DNA of 64,000 bases from Diadema antillarum. Taxonomy: Eukaryota. The notes under the pieces are model-generated. The model ran no database searches. It saw only the letters and a list, made by a program, of their open reading frames with translations, and had not been told where the DNA came from. The stretch covers positions 620,001 through 684,000 of the forward strand of contig NW_027271016.1 in assembly GCF_040938485.1 (NCBI RefSeq), written 5' to 3'. How positions within the stretch are numbered: position 1 is the stretch's first letter; each line of letters starts with the position of its first letter. Made by a program: the position numbers and the translations under genes. Shown here one piece after another: positions 39,780-49,734 of the stretch.

Positions 39780-40495
39780 CTGTATATAAATTTCTTCATC
39801 CCCAGTATATATGTCTTATTGTAGATCAATGATTTTCATATTTGCCAAAAATGATGTACAAGGCGAATCTCATTATTTGTTTCGGATGGGGCGCTATTCA
39901 TAACAACATAAAGAAATACATTATGAGGCTGTGATGCATTTTTTTGGATAGGTACATGTATAGTTACCACAGTTCATATTTCATTAATATTGGAATCTTA
40001 AGTTTGCAGATTGACAGTATGATAAGTGATATGACAGGCATAACTTGGAAGGAAGGAATCAGAATGACACAAAATAGAAGGGCAATCTGTGGAAAATACT
40101 GCTGGTTTCAATTATTTCGGTTGTATCTATTGTTTTATGTCTTTGTCACGTAAAAACAAGCGATATAATAGAGAAAAACATTTCGGGTTCATAATTACTT
40201 CGTATTTTGCTTCAGCAAATTTCAGCCAAAAAATGCCCATTTCATACACTATAATACTGTGAATTGAAAGCGGAACGGAAAAATGCGCAAATTCTGACTG
40301 ACGTGGTTGTAAGTTCATGGTTGCCATGGCAACCAGCAATATCAAATATAGTTAAATTATATATCAAAACGTTTGCAATAAGATTTCAGGAAAAGTCAAA
40401 TTTGGTTGAAATTGGATAAAGGGCAAAGGGCCGGGGGCAAATGAAAATCTAGTAGGGGCACAATGTGTTCCCCTCCCCCTTGGGCTTTATAGGGC

Positions 40496-41983
40496 TAAGT
40501 ACGCGTCCTCAGACTCGTCAGTATAAAATTATGACGATCCCAGTACATCAAAGTAGGATGTCGTCAACGACACACAAATTCCGACAATGGCAACATCGTG
40601 ACTTCCTAGTCGACGTCGTGCTATTTCCTTATCCCTCTACACTGTGTAGATAGCGTCTCGTCTCTCTCCGTAGCTTCGCATATCTCAGCTCACGACATCG
40701 CTCGTGGAACAGCGTAAGCGACGATAGCGTCAACGTATATATTCATCAGCGATGCTTTTTTTTTTCTCAAAGGAAGATATGCCGTTCACAGCCCCAGACT
40801 TCAGCTGACGCTTCCGTTTCAGTTTGAGAGTATCGCCTCTCAAACAGCAGTGAGTGTACAGCTGGCGTAGGCTACTGGACGGATAACTCCATCGACTGTC
40901 TGTGTTAGGATTGCTCTTTCAAGGGGGCTGGCGTCCACATGGAGGTCGGTGGGAGCCATTATACGTAACATTTGTTAGAGCTTGTCTGAGAGCTTCGAAT
41001 GTCTTGTCGTGCTTTAAAGTCTACGACCAGGGCGTGTTGCTATGGGTAAGGTCTCTTAGTGGCTCCGAGATTGTCCTAGGTTGTCAATGAAACGTGATCA
41101 GTACTTGCCTTGTTGGCGTTAAGCGTCCGGCTTCCGTTTTTGAAGTAGTTTGAGAATAACATTCAGGTTGACGTTGGGTTCGTCGATGCTTTTCCCGAAG
41201 ACAATGGTGTCGTCAATCGGAGCTGTTTCTAAATCCTTCTAGTCCATCCACGGCTTGTTGAATGGTTCACCTATGTCCTTGTCGAGAAATTCCTGCATCT
41301 TATCCTCGACTAGCTTTCCTGCTCAGGTCAAAAGAAATGCGGCGGGGAGGCTGCACAAATGGCTTTACCTTTGGATCGATGTGGATATGTGAACGTGTAT
41401 AATCGATCAGCTCTCTGAACTTATGAAGCCTGTAAAAACTTGCGGGTATTTTCCTTGAGGTCCGCAAGAGCACCTGGAAAGGAGTTTTGCGTCTTAAGGT
41501 GTGCACGGGCTCGGCAGTCAGAGGTCGATCGCAGTCTGCCTGGTGAGGGGATTGCCACTTTTGCCGTCGAACGATGCGCCAGTCTGCGTCGATTTGAAAA
41601 TTCTATTAGATTCACCTTGAACCGGCAGGAGCGTCTTCGAGCCGATTAGGTCAAAAAGGCTTACATGAGTAGAAGCCACACGTGGTCGTTTGTCATGTCC
41701 GTCTTGCCCATCATCCACTTTTATCGATACCGTCGTCGAAGTCCCAAAGTCGACAGTCATGTCTATGTGGCGAAGCCGCTCTCAAGTAGTACGACGACGA
41801 TGCTGCTGCTCTGTGAAGTTAGCGGTATGCGCGTCCATGTGTCGTTGTGAAATAAACTGACGCCCGAGTGTCGGCCTCCTCGCTGACTCTGGCGATGTTG
41901 AGAAGCGATGTTAGAGTGAGGCTACTCTCATGATGTAGGCGACGACACAACGAGGGGACGTGCACTTGTCGATGAACTAGTTC
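40496..41983 (-). mobile_element. Decayed Gypsy remnant, unit 3-4 (continues at 46510-46680)
   Basis: Colinear with 32830-34140; HIDPKVKPFVQPPRRI (ORF 41300-41506); split by the 41984-46509 insertion. Confidence 0.85.
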
Positions 41984-42105
41984 CAGGGGCGTCACCAGCT
42001 TTTTTTTCAAGGTGGGTGCGTTTTGACACTAAATGTAACGAGATTTTTTGGATAGACATTAGGAAGCTCTCAATCAGTACTGTTTTTTTAGGGAAACCAA
42101 GCGGG

Positions 42106-45100
42106 GAAAGGGCACCGGCGTAGCTAGGATTTCATCTTGGGGGGGGGGGGGGGGGGTGTTAGTATGCGAGGGAGCGAGCAAGGGGGGGGGGAGGGTTTTG
42201 AAGTGCCTGTTGTCCCCACCCCCCTCCTCCCACGGTGAGAATCTTTTGTATTTTGATGTTGTAAATGGTGCAATTTGATGCATGTTTTGCTTGAAACAGC
42301 CCCACTTGTTTAAGGTAGCAGCATATTTTGATGTAGATTATTATTGAACAATTTGCCTATGAAATAGTATAATCCAAATAAACTTCCTGTTTTAATATTT
42401 ATACTGAATATCATGAACGCGGCCAAGTAAGAGCGAGAAAGGTGAGCGAGGGGGAGGATGTGGGAGGGAGTGTCCCCCTCCCACGGTGAGCATTTTTTTG
42501 CATTTTGATGTTTTAAATGGTGCAATTTGATGCAGGTTTTTTGCGTGTTTTATCGACTTGAAACAGTCCCACTTGTTTAAGGTATCAGTACATTTTGAAG
42601 TAAATTGTTATTTAACAATTTGCCTATAAATGGTATAATTCAAATAAACTTCTAGTAATAATTCTTACACTGATGTCATGAACGCGACCGAGCCCGAGCA
42701 AGCGGAACGAGCAAGGGGGGAGGGGGAGGTTGTGGGAGGGGGTTGTCTCCCCTATGAATGGATTATGGAATGACGGTGTGAAACGACAAATTACTTGCAG
42801 CAATATCAGGAGAATGGCATAACAATTACATGCGAGCGAGCGGAGCGAGCGAGCTTGAAAATTTTGACATTTTACAGTCCCAAAACTGCCGTTTGTAGCC
42901 ATATTTTTTTGCTTTGGAAATTAAGGGGGCGCTCCGGGCGCAACTGCTGGCAATTACTGGCATGCAACATCAGGTAAATTGCATAACGATTAAATGCGAG
43001 CGAGCGAAGAGAGCGAGCTTGAAAATTTTACATTCTACAGTCCAAAAACTGCCGTTCTTAGCCATATTTTTTCGCTTTGGAAATTAAGGGGGGGGGCGCA
43101 CCGGGAGCAACTGCTGGCAATTACTGGCAGTAAAATGAATTGCATAACGATTCAATGCGAGCGAGCGAAGAGAGCGAGCTTGAAAATTTTTACTATTACA
43201 GTAAAAAATTGCCGTTTGTAGCTATATTTTTTCGCTTTGGAAATTAAGGGGGGCGCACCGGGCGCAACTGCTGACAATTACTGGCAGTAACATCAGGAGA
43301 ATTGCACAAAGATTAAATGCGAGCGAGCTTGAAAATTTTGACATTTTACAGTAAAAAAAACTGCCGTTTGTAGCTATATTTTTTCGCTTTGGAAATTAAG
43401 GGGGGCGCACCGGGCGCAACTGATGGCAATTACTGGCAGCAATTTCAGGAGAATGGCATTACGACTAAATGCGAGCGAGCGGAGCGAGCGAGCTTGAAAA
43501 TTTTGACATTTTACAGTCCAAAAACTGCCGTTTGAAACTATACATTTTCGCTTTGGAAATTAAGAGGTGAGGGTGGGGGGGGGGGGATTGTCAAGGGTGT
43601 CGGTTTATGTTCATGACTGGGGGAGGTATGACCATCGAGGTGGCGTCGAAGTGACCAAGCGGGGGAAAGATGTGTGCGTGTTTGTTTGTGTGTGTGTATT
43701 ATATACATGGAAAAGTTAGGAGTGCAGGTCAAGTCTTTTTATTGTCAATGCAAGACATTTTATATAGACTATAGTATTTAAAGCAACACTGCAAAATCAA
43801 TGATCTAGCTTTGATATAACGAAGCGTAAGGTACAAAGGTGTACATTCTACATCACATTGCGCACATTGTAGCGACTCTTTTTGCCGTTCGGATGTCCTC
43901 AGTACACTGCGCACATCCTGCTTATGTGCAGCATGCCAACCAGGAATCACGCTGAATCACAATCTTTTGTCGGCTCCGGGCTTTTTGAACAATGTTTCAC
44001 ACTATAATATACCTATTTAATTATGGTTAAAAGAAATCATAGAAAAATATCTTATTTCTTGATCACCCTTTCACACTGGCGTAGCCGGGGGGGGGGGGGT
44101 GATGGGGGCGGTCGCCCCCCCCCCCCCCCCCCCCCACCCAAGATTTGGACTGGGGATTTGGGAGGCGGAAAAAAAATGCGTGTATACTGTACGCATGCAC
44201 ATGAAGCGGGTCTCCTTTGCAACCTTTCATCAAATAAGATATGTTTTTGAATATTTCACTCAAAGTGTGCACCAGATCGTTGAATTTCAATTCAAAATAT
44301 GCAAAACCTCTCGTGCTTGGGAGGGGGATACCCCCTCCCAAACCCTCCTCCTCTGTGCCTCTTTCCCTAGCTTAGTACACTTTTTAGATTTACACAAAAT
44401 TATGAATAATTCTGAGTGCACAAGACTTAGCACTTATATTCCGAAATTTCACCCTCAAAAAGGCAAAAGCTCCATCGGAAGGAAAGGGTGGAGATAACAC
44501 TCGCCCACGCCTTCTACCTGCTCGCCCGCCCCTCCCTTCCCCCCTTCCGCCATGCATAGAAGTAGACTGTGGCTATACCCAGATCGCTTTATTTCAATTC
44601 TAAAAACACAAAAGCTCCGCGAGCGGGAGGGGGAATCCCCCTTCCCCTAAGCTCTACCTCACTAGACTTTTTACATACACACAGATGGTGCACATTCGGA
44701 ATAAGAGCTAAATTCCGTGATTTTATCACTTCGATGAAAAAGTATTGCACCAAAACTTTGCACCAGATCGCTGAATTTCAGGTCTGAAAATCACCTTCGT
44801 GTGGGAGGGAATATACCACTATCTACACCCTCGTGTGCATGCTTTTTCTGTTTGATTGCTGAATAGACAGCGTTCATGATATTCAGTGTAAGAATTAATA
44901 CAAGAAGATTATCTAAATGATACCATTTTATAGGCAAATTGTTCAATGATAATCTACACTAAAATATACTGCAACCTTAAACAAGTGGGACTGTTTCAAC
45001 TCGTTAAAACACGAAAAAACATGCATCAAATTGCACCATTTGCAACATCAAAATGCAAAAAAAAAAGTTCTCACAGTGGGAGGGGGGTGTCCCCCTCCCA

Positions 45101-45735
45101 CACCCTCCCCTCCCCCTTCGCTCGCTCCGCTCGCTCGGGTTCAGTCGCGTTCATGATATTCAGTGAAAAGAATTGATACAAGAAGTGTATTTAACTTATA
45201 CCATTATAGGCAAATTGTTCAATAATAATCTACACTAAAATATACTGCTATACCTTAAACAAATGGGACTGTTTCACGTCGATAAAACGCGCAAAAACAT
45301 GCATCAAATTGCACCATTTACAACATCAAAATGCAAAAAGTTCCAATACCGTGGGAGTGGGGTGTCCTACCGTAGGAGGGGGACACCCCACTCCCACACC
45401 CTCCCCTCCCCCCCCCCCCCCTCGCACGCTCCGCTCGCTCGGGTTCAGTCGCGTTCATGATATTCAGTGAAAAGAATTGATACAAGAAGTGTATTTAACT
45501 TATACCATTTTATAGGCAAATTGTTCAATAATAATCTACATCAAAATAGACTGCTATACCTTAAACAAGCGGGACTGTTTCACGTCGATAAAACGCGCAA
45601 AAACATGCATCAAATTGCACCATTTACAACATCAAAATGCAAAAAGTTCTTACCGTGGGAGGGGGGACACAGCCCTCCCACACCCTCCCCCCCCCCCCCC
45701 CTAAGATGAAATCCTGGCTACGCCGTTGCCCTTTC
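42106..45735. mobile_element. Nested element with long inverted arms
   Basis: GAAAGGGCACCGGCGTAGCTAGGATTTCATCTT is mirrored by AAGATGAAATCCTGGCTACGCCGTTGCCCTTTC. Arms of about 42106-42720 and 44870-45735 consist of 250-300-bp subrepeats (2 left, 3 right). Confidence 0.75.
42790..43560 (+). repeat. Tandem array of about 5 copies of a ~160-bp unit
   Basis: GCGAGCGAGC...GCTTGAAAATTTT...CTGCCGTT...GGAAATTAAGGGGGG recurs every 150-165 bp. Confidence 0.85.
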
Positions 45736-46420
45736 ATTCAAAAGCAGTTTACTAACCCTTGAATTACTATTTTGGTAAGTCTTCTTTTCTTTTACCAGCG
45801 GATGGGGGGGGGGGGCACCCCCCCCTGCACCCCCCCCCCCCCTCCGTAGTTACGCCACTGCTTTTGGGTGAAATAGTTGGACAGATTTCTATCAAAAAAG
45901 CAAGAAAATCTTTTCATCGCGGGAATAATGATTATGTGGGGTGGGGCAAATGGTGCGCTTGCCTTCCAATATTTTTATGGAGTCATTTTTGTTTTCTTTC
46001 AAAAACAAGAAAATCTTCTCGTCTCTGGAATTATGGAGGGGGGGGGGGTGTGCAAAATGATGTGCTTGCCCCTCCATTTTTTTTTTTTTTTTTAATGAGG
46101 CTAAGGCTCGCACTTGGGCTGGCAATATGGATTGGTCCGAAGTAACGTACATAGACCTTACACACTTGTAAGTAGCACACGTACATGCAAACGTGTGCGT
46201 GCTCCGTACCGTACGGATGTACAGTACGGTCGATGAATAGTAAACACTGTATAGAATACTAGTAGACATGTATAAAATCAGTGCTGCCAGAACCAGGGGT
46301 ACAAATTGTTTTTGCCCACGATTTTTTTTTTTTTTTTTTTTTGTCCCTGGTGCAAAATAAAAAAAAAGAATGAAAAGAATAATTATTTAGCGTCCGGCGT
46401 TGAGGTCGCTCGCAGACTGA

Positions 46421-46451
<31 letters not shown>

Positions 46452-46955
46452 CAAGGATCTGAAGGGGGGTGCGTTCGCACCCAACGCACCCCCCCTGGTG
46501 ACGCCCATGAGTTCTAATATGATCGTTCATGTCCTGTGAGAATGTACAAGGTGATGCAAGAGATTTGCCGCGATGGCAATAATCATCCCCCCCCCCCCCC
46601 CCGCCCTTCCGTTGAACTGCCTACTGATATTGATGCTGCACGAAGGCAATGTTGGAGGTGGGATCAAAATAGCGAAAGACATAAATTTCGTGTATCTGTA
46701 GGTTCCTGATTCCGAACAAAAAAATTTCGGAATTAGAAACTTCATCGGATTAACGAACCTTTGGAATAACAAATCTCTTTTCATTCTCGAATTGATGAAC
46801 AGTCAGAACAATGAACTCTTTTATTTTTTTCATTTTAGGATTAATGAACTGTCGGAATAACGAATATTCGGAATAACAAACCATCAGAATTACAATAACG
46901 AAAGTGTCTATTTTCTTGCTGATAGGTTTTTTTTTTTTTTCCAGTGACCAGTGTC

Positions 46956-47257
46956 ATGGCTACTTCAGGAACTGAGAGAGAATCTACGGACTATGGAAAC
47001 CCGCGCGTTATCATGTGGTGCGTGCCCCGGTCCGTGTCAACCGCTGTGACTAAGTGTATGAGCTTCGTAGAGGGTGCCGAAGTCTGGCTGGAACCGTACA
47101 GTGCCTCCAGAGTCTTTTGTGACATGTACATCGCCCTCCACAATTATGACAGATCGTCATTCCCTCTCGAGTTCGAAGGCAACGAGGAGTTCTATGCAGA
47201 CTTGGCTAAGACATTCGACGGGCAATTTTTAGACATCGCATATCCAGATATGCTGTC
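46956..47257 (+). CDS. Sulfotransferase-fold protein, copy 4, coding exon 1
   Basis: ATG at 46956 after a poly-T CCAG acceptor; WCVPRSVST; GTGAGT donor at 47258. Confidence 0.85.
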
Positions 47258-47761
47258 GTGAGTACTTTTACGTGAACTTAATTTCATAGTTCAAGTATGT
47301 TTATTTTGCAATTGGATCGTATTGATTTAGATTTTTGGACAAGGTCCGGCATAAATAATGTTATAACCCCATACACTTAGTGTATGTACAATCGCAAAAA
47401 TAATTAATGTTAGCTTTACACTTCTATCCTTTCAGTTTGACAAGGGTTGCTCTTCATACAATTTCGCAACGAATGCGATGGCTGCGTTGTCAAATGACCT
47501 ACGGTCATGACAGTACATAAACATCTGCATGCATCTCAGAGATTTGACAGCGGTTACCATTGCAATGATTGGAATATGCAAACAAACGTTACAAAATACA
47601 CTGTATAATGCAATGAAGTTTTTTAAAAATGCTTGTGAAAGCTTTTACAGTTTTATGTCTACGAAGTTCCAGCTGTTTGGCAGAACCCTGGCGTCTCAAT
47701 TTGTTACCTTTCTCTTAGTGTGTATGTGCATTTGTGTATGTGTGTGTATGTGTGTGTGTGT

Positions 47762-47818
<57 letters not shown>

Positions 47819-48038
47819 GGGGTGTCAAGAGCAATGCTCGTGGTTGGGTCAAGGGTCTAATGGGGTTCGCGCCCCTTTTTGTGAGAATCAAGTGTTTGAG
47901 AACAGCCCTTCCCCTTCCCCCGGTTTTGCGGTCTCCGGAAATAAGTAGAGTCAAACCTATACCGACAATACATTTTGTTCAATAAATTTCTGTAGAGTAA
48001 AAATCTATGTACATCTTTCCACTTGTATTTGGAAACAG

Positions 48039-48709
48039 ACCGGCGGCATTGAAGAAGAAGCTTGATTCTATCGACCCAGCAGTACGATTTGTCTTCGTCA
48101 AGGACATGGGGTTTGGGATACCCCCATCCCGCTTCAGATACCTCCCTGATAAAGAAAGCGGCTTCCGGCATCTCTTTTTAATTCGGCATCCGGTCAAGGT
48201 CTATAAGTCCTTCCGGAAGGGGGCACTTGAGCTTCCTCTACCAGAAGTGGAAAAGAAGCCCGACCCAGAGACATTTCACATTCTCTCGAGCCTTCCTCCG
48301 ACTACTGCATGAGGACGCGGAGTTTGCCTTCAGGTCCCTCCACAGGCTGTGGGGTCATCTCCGTGAGAGAGGCGACGAAGGCATGGTCATCATGGACATC
48401 GACGATCTCATAACCGACCCGTCGAAGATGCTCCCTCGCCTCTTCCACGCTCTCAACATTCCGTACTCGGAGGACCTCCTGACTTGGGACCAATCCGCCG
48501 ACGTGGTGCTGAAGTGGCGGAGCGTCTGCCCAAACGTGAGAGATGCTCCCCAGTACTCCCAGTGGTTTAGAAGTGCATTCAAGAGCACGTGTTTCAAGCC
48601 GTCTTCAACTACAACGACGCTAGAGGGCGTGACACCAGATATTATAGAAGTTGTACAAAAAGAGATGCCCTATTATGAGGAAATGTACAAGATGAGAATA
48701 ACTCCTTGA
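48039..48709 (+). pseudogene. Sulfotransferase-fold protein, copy 4, exon 2 with 4-bp insertion and premature stop
   Basis: The exon is 671 bp against 667 bp in copies 1-3. ACTACT-GCAT-GAGGAC at 48307-48310 creates TGA at 48310-48312 (191-aa product). The downstream frame is otherwise intact to 48709. Confidence 0.8.
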
Positions 48710-49187
48710 GTGGGTCAATCGATGGAGGTGCTACGTAATGACGTAGACAGTAATATCAACTTGGAGGGAATTTGAATATTTACTTTAGTGTTTGACGATA
48801 GAACTCTAACAAAAATTTCATCAGCTAACAAATGTCCTATTAAGATTCTCAATTGAACTACGCACTTAGCATCAATCATTGCCAGTAATATTCACCTTTT
48901 CCATATCATACGATAGCACACTGCTCCACGATGAAAGCAGATTTTATTTAAAAACCTCTATTTTTAACGTTCATTTTAACGTAGGCCTGTGGTTCATGCC
49001 TATCACAAGGTAGTTCGCAGGTACAACCTGGGCATGTATAGATAAAGGTCCTGGTAGGTCCTATACTCTACCTAAATGTATATTTCCAGTGGATGATGCA
49101 GCAGCAACACCACAGCACCTCAAGGGGGGGGGGGGGCTCCTTCTCTGCCTCTCTCACTCTATGCGCTTGTGTATCAAGGGAATTTAA

Positions 49188-49568
49188 AGGGATCGTACAG
49201 TTTTGATTGAGACCTAATTTCAGGTTTCTAACATTTTTTGGTGAGATAATGAGAAACCTCTTACGAAATATGAAAGAGCACGTGATTCCATGTGGAATTC
49301 AACATTTATTTGACGAAAATTGGTTTTGAAATGGCTGAGATATCCAAAACAAAGCGATTCTAATAAGTGTGGGACCCACACTTTTTTACGATCGCTTTGT
49401 TTTACCTTGTTTTTGGATGTTTCAGTCATGCCAAACCTGATTTTCATCAAATAAACTTTGAATTCCTCTTAAAATGGTATGCTCTGTATTATTTCATACG
49501 TGTTTTCTTGGTATCTAGCAAAAAGTTAAAAGCTCAATTCTCATCTCCACCAATACTGTAATATCCCT
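49188..49568. mobile_element. 381-bp Kolobok-like MITE with TTAA TSD
   Basis: TTAA at 49184-49187 and 49569-49572; TIR AGGGATnnTACAGT (12/14). Empty site GAATTTAACCAAAA in the flanks of copies 1 and 2. Confidence 0.85.
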
Positions 49569-49734
49569 TTAACCGAAAGTTGTTTTTAGATTTTGTTGGA
49601 ATTTACCTACACACATATAAAAGGATTCAGTGAGTACTTCTGTACGTCTGCGTGTGATGGATGTTCGTGTGTGGCCTATGAGCATACTAATTGTCTCGAG
49701 ACTACACGTACAGTATATACTGCATCAGTTAATG

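Larger units (their letters stand above)
41984..46509. mobile_element. 4.5-kb non-autonomous DNA transposon with 15-bp TIR and 5-bp TSD, carrying nested elements
   Basis: TIRs CAGGGGCGTCACCAG / CTGGTGACGCCCATG; TSD AGTTC at 41979-41983 and 46510-46514. The uninterrupted site is seen near 34138 in the previous unit. Confidence 0.9.

Noticed and set aside
17413-48709. Calling the array genes branched-chain aminotransferases
   Set aside because: Only the sulfotransferase-like domain is present; no class IV aminotransferase domain follows the stop codons.
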